Positions 7,678-15,238 of a DNA stretch of 29,761 nucleotides are shown in pieces (position 1 is the stretch's first letter; the number at the start of each line of letters is the position of its first letter). The position numbers were made by a program, and so were the translations under genes. This DNA is from a virus, in the IMG/VR virus record IMGVR_UViG_3300045988_081399; one strand, given 5' to 3'. Under the pieces are notes generated by a model that saw only the letters and a program-made list of their open reading frames with translations, ran no database searches and was not told the origin of the DNA.

Positions 7678-8033
7678 TGGCAAAAAGAAAGCGTCGGTTT
7701 TGCGACAACCCGAAGGAAATGTCGCTGAAGTACAAACTCGCAGAAAAACAGGCCATGCAGGACACGATGGTAAACTACATCGGTGATTGTGCCTTGCTGG
7801 TACTCAACAATGAGTTTGGGTTTGGGCAGGAGCGATTGGAACGGTTTAACAAAGCACTCAACACCGAGCTAGAGAAATGGTGGGAGGTCACCGCTGCACC
7901 GAGACCAGGGGACAAAACGTCCGAGATCGGATACGTCCGGAGCAAATTTGACGAGGCGCTCAAGCGAGTGTGCGGTGACAGCTATGTCCCCTTTGAGCAG
8001 CGGTATGAGTGGATTGACAACAACGTGATCTAA
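7677..8033 (+). CDS. Hypothetical protein (118 aa)
   Basis: Start overlaps the upstream stop (TGATG). Coding-like composition. No motif recognised. Confidence 0.55.
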   Translation: MAKRKRRFCDNPKEMSLKYKLAEKQAMQDTMVNYIGDCALLVLNNEFGFGQERLERFNKALNTELEKWWEVTAAPRPGDKTSEIGYVRSKFDEALKRVCGDSYVPFEQRYEWIDNNVI

Positions 8034-8061
8034 GGGCGTTGACGCCGGAAGGAGGAAGAAA

Positions 8062-8391
8062 ATGGACGCACGAAAATGCAAATGGGAGCATCCGCGCTGC
8101 AAGGCGTTAGACTGCAACGGGAGATGCGTGGCGCTAACAGACACGAGCTTCCCACGCCGCATGGATTGCCCGTTTTACGATAAGAACGCAAAATTTAAGC
8201 CCACTGTGGAGCAATGGGCGGAGAAAAAGCGGAAGCGGGCGAAAATCCGTGACGGACTGACCGAGCTGAAATATAGGGTCAAAGGCACAAAAGCGTGCAA
8301 AGAATGCGCGTGCCGCGAAACGTGCACAATGCTCAGCTATGGATGCTTGCTCATCAACCTGGCGCTCGACGAGCTGAGGACGGACAAATGA
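8062..8391 (+). CDS. Cys-rich hypothetical protein (109 aa)
   Basis: GGAAGGAGGAAG RBS. 12 Cys, including CKWEHPRCKALDCNGRC, DCPFY and CKECACRETC. Confidence 0.6.
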   Translation: MDARKCKWEHPRCKALDCNGRCVALTDTSFPRRMDCPFYDKNAKFKPTVEQWAEKKRKRAKIRDGLTELKYRVKGTKACKECACRETCTMLSYGCLLINLALDELRTDK

Positions 8392-8618
8392 GCGGGCGAC
8401 GGCAAGGCGTAGACAAGCGCATAGGCTACCGGACAGCAGAGTGTGTGAGGGCGCGATGGGGGACGCCGATCAAATTTGAGCGGGCAACGCACATGGATCG
8501 CAAGGCAGTGCATTATTGGGCACACGGCGTTAACCCGAGCGCAAAAGTGCTCCAGACCTTGTGTGAGGCGGGCATTGACGTCGTATACATCCTGACTGGG
8601 AGGTTGCAAGATGAGTAA
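8388..8618 (+). CDS. Small HTH DNA-binding protein (Cro/XRE-like, 76 aa)
   Basis: ATG 8388 overlaps the upstream stop (ATGA). ...RKAVHYWAHGVNPSAKVLQTLCEAGIDVVYILTG has the ending typical of XRE-family HTH proteins. The tracked ORF 8295..8618 over-extends. Confidence 0.6.
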   Translation: MSGRRQGVDKRIGYRTAECVRARWGTPIKFERATHMDRKAVHYWAHGVNPSAKVLQTLCEAGIDVVYILTGRLQDE

Positions 8619-9078
8619 GCCACGTTACTGGTGGTGGGGCAGTATCCAAAACGCCCTGCGAGCCTATCCAAGGCTCAAACAGCAGTATGAGGCTCCGGAT
8701 GTGGCTGTGACGGCGCGATACGCAGAGGGGGTGGGTCACGGTAGCGACCCTGGCAGAACGACGGAGACAGCGGCGTTAGAGCGCTTGTACGACGGTGACT
8801 ACAAAATCTACCTTGCGATTGCGGCAGCGGTGAAAGAGACGGAGCAGATGACAAACGGACGCGACCGGCTCCGGATCGTCGAGCTGATCTACTGGAAACG
8901 CTACTGGAAAACCATTGAGGGGGCGGCCTACGAGGTGGGGTACTCAAAAGACCGGGCGAAAGAGCTGCATACGGAGTTTGTCCGGCTGGTGGGGCACTAC
9001 ATGGGCTATATCCCGCGGGACAAAGTAGCCAAAAGGAGAAATGTCACCTTAAACAGCCAAAAAAGTGTGAGAAAATAG
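8611..9078 (+). CDS. Putative late-gene transcriptional regulator (RinA/ArpU-like, sigma region-4-like HTH)
   Basis: It occupies the position immediately upstream of the packaging genes. N-terminal ALRAYPRLKQQYE and C-terminal RLRIVELIYWKRYWKTIEGAAYEVGYSKDRAKELHTEFVRLVG resemble RinA-type activators, from memory. Confidence 0.5.
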   Translation: MSKPRYWWWGSIQNALRAYPRLKQQYEAPDVAVTARYAEGVGHGSDPGRTTETAALERLYDGDYKIYLAIAAAVKETEQMTNGRDRLRIVELIYWKRYWKTIEGAAYEVGYSKDRAKELHTEFVRLVGHYMGYIPRDKVAKRRNVTLNSQKSVRK

Positions 9079-9211
9079 TAACATCCCATAGCGGATACGG
9101 GATGCGTAAGTCCGCTGTGGGACACCTCCTGGTATATGGGGCGGCAGGGAGACAGCCGCCCCAACAGGATGCAGGATAACCCCTTTTTCTTTCTTCTCAC
9201 CCTTTCCGAGG

Positions 9212-9243
9212 TGGCGGCGGAGCGTATGTTCTGCCGCCATTTT
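9212..9243 (+). terminator. Terminator-like GC hairpin followed by TTTT
   Basis: TGGCGGC (9212-9218) pairs with GCCGCCA (9233-9239), with extra inner pairs. It is followed by TTTT at 9240-9243. Confidence 0.4.
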
Positions 9244-9256
9244 GGCGGGGAGACAC

Positions 9257-9327
9257 ACTCCTGTAGCTCAGCAGCTAGAGTGTGCGGCCATATCGCAAGG
9301 TCGTGGGTGCAAATCCCACCAGGAGCA
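9257..9327 (+). tRNA. tRNA-like element with candidate CAU anticodon and several non-canonical positions (possibly a pseudogene or decoy)
   Basis: Acceptor ACTCCTG/CAGGAGC (A1 x C72 mismatch). D arm GCTC-AGCAGCTA-GAGT. Variable loop AGGTC. T arm GTGGG-TGCAAAT-CCCAC. The anticodon arm TGCGGCCATATCGCA is 15 nt rather than 17. Confidence 0.45.
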
Positions 9328-9403
9328 GATGAGACGGCATATGGGACTATCTGACAGCTGGAAAGACAGCCCCGGACCGGTGGGTAATCCGGGCGCCTGT
9401 TGA

Positions 9404-9430
9404 AGAGACTCAGAGATGAGTCTCTTTTTA
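9404..9430 (+). terminator. Rho-independent terminator
   Basis: AGAGACTC (9404-9411), loop AGAGAT, GAGTCTCT (9418-9425), then TTTTTAT. Confidence 0.75.
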
Positions 9431-9441
9431 TATAAACAGAT

Positions 9442-9473
9442 AGCGCAGCCTGAACGGGTTTGCGCTCTTTTTA
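9442..9473 (+). terminator. Second Rho-independent terminator, 19 nt before the terS start
   Basis: AGCGCAG (9442-9448) pairs with TTGCGCT (9460-9466), followed by CTTTTTAT. Confidence 0.65.
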
Positions 9474-9491
9474 TGCCGGGGAGGTGAGTTT

Positions 9492-9971
9492 GTGCCGGCA
9501 CTGAGAAACGCAAAACGTGAAAAATTTGTGCAATGTCTGATTGTTGGAATGAGCCGGCGCAAGGCATATCTGGAGGCGTTCCCGGCGGCACGCAAGTGGA
9601 AAGACAACACGGTGGATTCCCGCGCCTATGAGCTTTTTCAGAACAGTGAGATTCTGGATAGGTTTACGGAATTGCAAAACCAAGCCGCCCAGGGCGCGGT
9701 CTTGACCCGCCAGCGCAAGCGAGAGATCCTCTGCACCATTGCGGAGGATGAGGAACTAGAGCCGAGAGACCGCATCAGGGCGATCGACACGGATAACAAG
9801 ATGGAGGGCGAGTACACGGAGAAGGTGGAGGTCAGCGAGACCAACAACAACCTGTTCGCCCAGATAGAGGAGTCAATCAATGGTTTACAAGCGATTCAGC
9901 CGGAAGCAGCTGCTGACGCTGCTGTGGTGGAAACAAGCGGAACTGAATCAGTACGACGGTCTCATCTGTGA
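9492..9971 (+). CDS. terS: Terminase small subunit
   Basis: GGAGGTGA RBS precedes GTG 9492. N-terminal NAKREKFVQCLIVGMSRRKAYLEAF is typical of Terminase_2-type small subunits. The ORF overlaps terL by 92 nt. Confidence 0.7.
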   Translation: MPALRNAKREKFVQCLIVGMSRRKAYLEAFPAARKWKDNTVDSRAYELFQNSEILDRFTELQNQAAQGAVLTRQRKREILCTIAEDEELEPRDRIRAIDTDNKMEGEYTEKVEVSETNNNLFAQIEESINGLQAIQPEAAADAAVVETSGTESVRRSHL

Positions 9972-11136
9972 CGGCTCTGTTCGGTCTGGTAAAACCGTTG
10001 CCATGTCTGTGGGCTTCCTGCTCTGGGCTATGTCCACCTTTGACGGTTGCAAGTTCGCCCTATGCGGTAAGACCATCGAGGCGCTGCGGCGGAACGTGGT
10101 ATCCCTCATCCCCGGCCTGATGGACGGGATCATGCGGGTGCAGGAGCGGCGCAGCGACAAGACCATGACGGTGTGGGGCTTCGGCCACGTCAACACCTTC
10201 TATCTGTTTGGTGGTCGAGACGAGAGCAGTTACACCCTGATCCAAGGCATGACGCTGGCGGGCGTGCTTTTCGATGAGGTAGCGTTGATGCCACGCTCCT
10301 TCGTGGAGCAGGCGTTGGCTCGTTGCAGCATCAGCGGGTCACGGTACTGGTTCAACTGCAATCCGGAAGGGGCTTCCCATTGGTTTTACCGAGAATGGAT
10401 TTTGAAAGCAGAGGCACACAACGTGCTGCACCTGCATTTCACCATGGCGGACAACCTGGCCTTAGACCCGGCGGTGCGGGCACGGTACGAGACGATGTAT
10501 ACCGGCGTGTTTTATGACCGTTACATCCGTGGACTGTGGGTGGCGGCGGAAGGCCGCATCTATGACTGCTTCGACCCGGCCAAGCACATGACCGGCACAC
10601 TGCCGGAGTTGGCTGGTGACTGCTATGTGAGCTGCGATTATGGCACGCAAAATGCCACAGTGTTCCTGCTATGGCAGCGGGAGCGGGGCACAGAGCGGTG
10701 GATATGCCGTCGAGAGTATTACTATTCCGGCAGGGAGAAAAAACGGCAGAAAACGGACAAAGAGTTTTGCGCTGACCTGGGCACCTGGCTGGGGGATGAA
10801 CGTCCTCGTGCTGTGGTGGTTGACCCTTCAGCGGCTTCGTTTATTGCGGAGCTGCGCCAAGCAGGCTACCCGATGCAGCAGGCGGACAATGAGGTGTTGG
10901 ACGGCATCCGCAACGTATCTACCCGGTTACAGGCCGGGACACTGCTGTTTTCCGCCTCCTGCGTCCATACGGCGGATGAATTTCAGGCGTATGTTTGGGA
11001 CGAGAAGGCAGCGGAGCACGGGGAAGATAAGCCAGTCAAAGTCAATGACCACTGCATGGATGCGGTGCGATATTTTGTGACCACCATACTGGGGCGGCAG
11101 GTCGTGAGAGTCGGCAAGCGCCCAGCAAGATTGTGA
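9880..11136 (+). CDS. terL: Terminase large subunit (PBSX/Terminase_3-like)
   Basis: Walker A DGSVRSGKT, Walker B-like VLFDEV, and a C-terminal nuclease block (VVDPSAASFIAELRQAGY ... NDHCMDAVRY). Confidence 0.9.
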   Translation: MVYKRFSRKQLLTLLWWKQAELNQYDGLICDGSVRSGKTVAMSVGFLLWAMSTFDGCKFALCGKTIEALRRNVVSLIPGLMDGIMRVQERRSDKTMTVWGFGHVNTFYLFGGRDESSYTLIQGMTLAGVLFDEVALMPRSFVEQALARCSISGSRYWFNCNPEGASHWFYREWILKAEAHNVLHLHFTMADNLALDPAVRARYETMYTGVFYDRYIRGLWVAAEGRIYDCFDPAKHMTGTLPELAGDCYVSCDYGTQNATVFLLWQRERGTERWICRREYYYSGREKKRQKTDKEFCADLGTWLGDERPRAVVVDPSAASFIAELRQAGYPMQQADNEVLDGIRNVSTRLQAGTLLFSASCVHTADEFQAYVWDEKAAEHGEDKPVKVNDHCMDAVRYFVTTILGRQVVRVGKRPARL

Positions 11137-11145
11137 GGTGAGCGT

Positions 11146-12597
11146 GTGATTATCTACTTAGACAGGGCGGAGGCGCCTGACCTGGAGCACATCCCAGGAC
11201 AGGTGCTCCAACACCTGATTTCGGCGTCCGAGCAGGCAAATGGACGCTATGACAAGCTCCATCGGTATTATCTGGGGCGACATGACAACACCAAAAAGCC
11301 GCCAGATGAGGGCGAGAGCGTTGTGACCATCAACTACGCCAAGTACATCACCGACATTATCCTGGGTTACTACTTGGGCGAGCCGGTCAAGTACGACACC
11401 AATCCCCAAAAGGACAAGAGTGTAGCGGCAGCCGGAACGGATGAGGCAGCGGGTGTGCTGTCCGCGGACAATGAGCCGGTGGATATTTCGGCGCTGCAAG
11501 ATGCCTACGATGTCCAGCAGATCGCGGCCATTGATGCGGACATTGGAAAATATATGGGCGTCATGGGCGACTGTATGGAGCTATGTTATGCGTCTGACGA
11601 TGAGGTGCCCATGCCCCGATCGGCGTACATTGACCCACGCAACGGCGTATTGGTCTGCGACACCAGCGTAGAGCACAAAAAGCTGTTCGGCGTGGTCTGG
11701 GACAAGCGCCAGACGGTGGCCGGTCAGACGTATTACGCAGTGTCCATCTATACGGACACTGGCGTGCAGGAGCTGCGGTGCGATGATTTGGCCACGGCGG
11801 CATTTACCCCAGTGGCAGACCGGCGGGAGCACTATTTCGGCGCTGTCCCGCTGATCGCATACACCAACAACCGGGAGCGGCAGGGCGACTTTGAGCAGAT
11901 CATCAGTCTGATTGACGCTTATGACGAGCTGATGAGCAACCGCCTGACCGACAAAAAGAAATTTGTGGATGCGCTGCTGGTGTTCTTCGGGATGACCCTC
12001 CGAGATGGGGATGATGAGAAACTGGCGCAGGAGAAGTTTTTGGATGGCGCTCCGCTGGACGCACGAGCCGAGTACATCCAAAAGACCTTTGACGAGTCCA
12101 GCGTGCAGGTGCTGGCAGACGCACTGGTGCGAGAAATGCACAAGATGACTATGACGGTGGACATGAGCGATGAACAGTTCGCCGGGAACAGCTCCGGCCA
12201 GGCGTTGAAGCTGAAACTCCTGACCATGAATCTGCTGGCCAAGAACAAGATGCGCCGAATGGAAAAAGGGCTGAAGGAGCGCTTCTCGCTTTATAATCAC
12301 TGGCTGGTCACCCGCGGTGATATGGCACCGGTCGGTGTCAACGATATTGATGTTGTGTTTACCCTGTCCATGCCCATCAACGAGAGTGAGATTGTCCAGA
12401 TGGTCACCAGTTTGCAGGGCATTGTGGATGACCGAACCCTGCTCAGCCAGTTGTGGTTTGTCCGCGATCCGGCGGAAGCGGCTGAAAACATTAGGCGGCA
12501 GAAGCAGGCAAACGCGGCCATCTATGGCGTCCCGTCCCAGGCGGATGAGACAGAAGCGGAGGAAGACACCAAGAAAGCATTGAAACAGGATGAGTGA
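11146..12597 (+). CDS. Portal protein, SPP1 gp6-like
   Basis: GTG start follows GAGGTGA. N-terminal RYDKLHRYYLGRHDN ... INYAKYITDIILGYYLGEPVKY pattern. 483 aa, directly after terL. Confidence 0.88.
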   Translation: MIIYLDRAEAPDLEHIPGQVLQHLISASEQANGRYDKLHRYYLGRHDNTKKPPDEGESVVTINYAKYITDIILGYYLGEPVKYDTNPQKDKSVAAAGTDEAAGVLSADNEPVDISALQDAYDVQQIAAIDADIGKYMGVMGDCMELCYASDDEVPMPRSAYIDPRNGVLVCDTSVEHKKLFGVVWDKRQTVAGQTYYAVSIYTDTGVQELRCDDLATAAFTPVADRREHYFGAVPLIAYTNNRERQGDFEQIISLIDAYDELMSNRLTDKKKFVDALLVFFGMTLRDGDDEKLAQEKFLDGAPLDARAEYIQKTFDESSVQVLADALVREMHKMTMTVDMSDEQFAGNSSGQALKLKLLTMNLLAKNKMRRMEKGLKERFSLYNHWLVTRGDMAPVGVNDIDVVFTLSMPINESEIVQMVTSLQGIVDDRTLLSQLWFVRDPAEAAENIRRQKQANAAIYGVPSQADETEAEEDTKKALKQDE

Positions 12598-14179
12598 TCG
12601 CAAGTATTGGCGCAAGCGCTCCGTGAAACTGGGGCTCTTGAGTGAGCGAAAAGCCCAGCGGACGGCGCGGGCGGTGTTAGACGCCTATGACAAGGTGCTG
12701 ACCACCGTGCAAGGGCGGATTGAAAGGATTTTTGCCCGATTTGTCCGGAACAACGACAGCCTGAACGCAGAGAAAGCCCGCCAACTCCTGTCGGTGCGGG
12801 AAACCCAGAAATATCGGCAGGAGCTGTTGGTGTTGTACCACAGCACCACGGATAAGGCGCTGCGGGATGAGCTGCGTGCCATGCTGGAGGCTCCGGCCTA
12901 TGCCAACCGGATCAGCCGCCTGGAAGCCCTGCGGGACATCGTGCGGGCGGATTGCAGGCAGTTGGGTCTGCTGGAACGGGAGTTGGTCGGCAAAGGGCTG
13001 GCTGACGCCCTACAGGAGGCATACACCCGGCAGGTGTTTGACATCCAGCAGGGCACAGGGTACGGCAGGCGTATCAAGACACTGGAGGACAAGCAAGTTC
13101 GCGCCATCCTGGGGCAAAAATGGCAGGGCGGCAACTTTTCCGGGCGCATTTGGAACAACAACCAGGCGTTTGCGGACGCGGTGCAGCAGGCCGTTTTGAC
13201 CGGCACCCTGGCGGGGATGAGCTTCCGCGAGATGTCGGATATGCTCTTACAAATCACCGGCACGGACGCGACTTCTGGCGCAAAAGCACGCTCCATGCGG
13301 CTCATCCGCACGGAGTTTTGTCATATGTCGGCACAGGGTGCGTTGCTGGGATACAAGTCATATGACCTGGAATACTACCGCTATCTTGCCACGCTGGACT
13401 CCCAGACGGATGAGGAGTGCGGTGCGCTGGATATGCGGCGCTTCCCGGTCAAGGACGCCACGCCAGGGTTGAATCTCCCGCCTATGCATCCAAATTGTAG
13501 GTGTACCACCATGCCGGACATGAGTGAGCAGGTGATCGCCAAGATCAAACGTGCCGCACGGGACCCAGTGACAGGAAAGAGCATCACCGTGCCGGGGGAT
13601 ACGACCTATGCGGAGTGGCACAAGAAGTTTGTCCAGGGCGTGCCGGACAGAAAACAGGTGGAGCAGCAGAAGCAGAGAACGGTTTCCTATGCGCACCTTG
13701 CGCAGAAAAGTGTTGCAACGGCAGGCGGGAATGGTATAATAACAGGAGCGAGAATTACAGACCCTCTAAGCAAGGAGGCAGATGAATTTGCGGAAATGTA
13801 TTATAGGGAAATACGAAACTTTTCTACCGATGCGGAGAAGATAGCTAAAAATTTAGGGAAAAGAAAATCGGACATCAAACGAATCAAAATGTATCTTTTT
13901 GAAGAAAAGTCACTCTATGATGAAGATATTAGAGAGTGGCGACGGTTTGATTCGGATTGTGCAATTGCTCAAAGCTGGCAACGTCTCATGGTCGGAAAGG
14001 ATATCAAGCCGCACGACAGGATATTGATCGAACATGAATTGCTGGAAATGCAAATCAAAAAAGAAAACCCAACGTTGGAGCATTGGAAGGCGCACGAATT
14101 AGCGTCAATGAAGTATAATTATCAAAAGGCTGCGGATGAATATTATGGTAATCTTAAGAAACATCAAAAAAACGGATAA
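12590..14179 (+). CDS. Minor head protein of the MuF / SPP1 gp7 family with an extra ~150-aa AT-rich C-terminal domain of unknown function
   Basis: MuF core includes the LNLPPMHPNCRCTT signature (about aa 290-305). From about nt 13730 (aa ~380) the composition switches to AT-rich, and the sequence (..EMYYREIRNFSTDAEK..FDSDCAIAQSWQRLMVGKDIKPHDRILIEHELLEMQ..KAHELASMKYNY) is not part of the MuF core. Confidence 0.85.
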   Translation: MSDRKYWRKRSVKLGLLSERKAQRTARAVLDAYDKVLTTVQGRIERIFARFVRNNDSLNAEKARQLLSVRETQKYRQELLVLYHSTTDKALRDELRAMLEAPAYANRISRLEALRDIVRADCRQLGLLERELVGKGLADALQEAYTRQVFDIQQGTGYGRRIKTLEDKQVRAILGQKWQGGNFSGRIWNNNQAFADAVQQAVLTGTLAGMSFREMSDMLLQITGTDATSGAKARSMRLIRTEFCHMSAQGALLGYKSYDLEYYRYLATLDSQTDEECGALDMRRFPVKDATPGLNLPPMHPNCRCTTMPDMSEQVIAKIKRAARDPVTGKSITVPGDTTYAEWHKKFVQGVPDRKQVEQQKQRTVSYAHLAQKSVATAGGNGIITGARITDPLSKEADEFAEMYYREIRNFSTDAEKIAKNLGKRKSDIKRIKMYLFEEKSLYDEDIREWRRFDSDCAIAQSWQRLMVGKDIKPHDRILIEHELLEMQIKKENPTLEHWKAHELASMKYNYQKAADEYYGNLKKHQKNG

Positions 14180-14369
14180 CAGCATTTCGGCGGATTATTA
14201 CCCTGAAGGCGAGAAGTTGAAAGGGTTTATGAAAATCCGCATTAAAGATGGAGAAATCTTAGAGCACGACAATGCAAGTTCGTTTTCCGCTGCGCACGTT
14301 CTGCGCGAGTTGAAGCGCCTTGCAAAATCAGATAATCCGCCGAAGGAAAAAACGTTGTTGTGGTATTGA
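14136..14369 (+). CDS. Small hypothetical protein (77 aa) in AT-rich island 2; candidate partner or immunity protein for the MuF C-terminal domain
   Basis: ATG 14136 (weak AAAGG RBS; alternative ATG 14145) overlaps the MuF gene end by 44 nt. AT-rich. Followed by three hairpins, including a strong terminator. Confidence 0.5.
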   Translation: MNIMVILRNIKKTDNSISADYYPEGEKLKGFMKIRIKDGEILEHDNASSFSAAHVLRELKRLAKSDNPPKEKTLLWY

Positions 14370-14480
14370 TACCGCCAATTTGGGCGACATCTAAAGCGGG
14401 TAAACTCAATGAGTCCAAAATTGGACTCACCAATATACTGGTAGCCCCGAAAATTCGGGGCTATTCTAAAATGCTGATTC

Positions 14481-14507
14481 AAGCACGTTGTAAGACGTGC
14501 TTTTTTC
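14481..14507 (+). terminator. Rho-independent terminator inside the structural operon
   Basis: AAGCACGT (14481-14488), loop TGTAAG, ACGTGCTT (14495-14502), with the T-run continuing to 14506. Confidence 0.75.
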
Positions 14508-14582
14508 ATACCCAAAACGCAACGGCATGGGGCTGGCGCGTCCAGAAATGTGCTGGGGCAACGATAAATGGAGGACATGACC

Positions 14583-15224
14583 ATGAGATACAAACATAGA
14601 CCGTTGGCATTTGCCTGCTACGCTCCGGAGGGCGCTGGAAACGGCACCACTCCGCCGGAAGGCGGCAACAGCGGCGACAACGCAAACGCCGGGGGCGGCA
14701 ACCCGAACCCGGACGGGGGCAGAGCGCCGGAAGAACCCCTGACCTTTGACCAGCTTCTTGCCAGCAATCGGGATTACCAGAGCGAGTTTGACCGCAAGGT
14801 GACCCAGGCACTGACCACAGCAAAGCAGAATTGGGACAAGGAGCAGGCGGAGAACATGGACGAGGCCAAGCGGCTGGAGAAGATGACCGCCGCCGAACGG
14901 GCGCAGTATCAGCTGAGCAAGGATAAGGCCACCTTGGAGCAGGAGCGTGCCGCCTTTGAGCGGGAACGCTTGCAGGTGTCCGTAGGCACCGAGTTGCAGA
15001 AACGCGGCTTGAGTGCTGATTTTGCGGTTTATCTGACCGGCAACGACGCCGAGACCAGCAAAGCCAACATCGATGCGTTTGCATCCCTCTGGAAAGCCTC
15101 CCTGAGCGATGCCGTGAACGGCAGAATGCGTTCTGGCGCACCGCCCAGAGACGCCAATCCGACACCGGATTACAGCAAGATGAGCGACGCAGAATACTAC
15201 GCCGCCACCTACGACAAAAAATAA
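14583..15224 (+). CDS. Capsid scaffolding protein (DUF4355-like)
   Basis: TGGAGGA 14569-14575 lies 7 nt before ATG 14583; in-frame ATGs at 14568 and 14577 are alternatives. G/N/P-rich N-terminus, then a helical charged core (FDQLLASNRDYQSEFDRKV...ERAQYQLSKDKATLEQERAAFERERL). Located between the MuF and capsid genes. Confidence 0.72.
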   Translation: MRYKHRPLAFACYAPEGAGNGTTPPEGGNSGDNANAGGGNPNPDGGRAPEEPLTFDQLLASNRDYQSEFDRKVTQALTTAKQNWDKEQAENMDEAKRLEKMTAAERAQYQLSKDKATLEQERAAFERERLQVSVGTELQKRGLSADFAVYLTGNDAETSKANIDAFASLWKASLSDAVNGRMRSGAPPRDANPTPDYSKMSDAEYYAATYDKK

Positions 15225-15238
15225 GGAGATGATATGCT

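Noticed and set aside
9257-9327. tRNA-like element as an attP core with a nearby integrase
   Set aside because: No recombinase ORF exists anywhere in the window, so an active att site cannot be supported. It is kept only as one possible origin of the element.
9136-9354. Tracked + ORF of 72 aa in the terS leader
   Set aside because: It runs straight through hairpins, a terminator-like element and the tRNA-like cloverleaf, with no RBS. The region is better explained as structured non-coding RNA/DNA.
9880-9971. 92-nt terS/terL overlap as evidence of a frameshift or mis-assembly
   Set aside because: Both frames are coding-like. The TerL N-terminus (FSRKQLLTLLWW..GSVRSGKT) needs the early start, and such overlaps occur in compact phage genomes. 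No slippery site was seen.
13782-13844. Strong AAGGAGG-ATG combination inside the MuF gene, just after the internal promoter-like element
   Set aside because: The ATG is out of frame with MuF and opens only a ~20-codon ORF. It is probably fortuitous.
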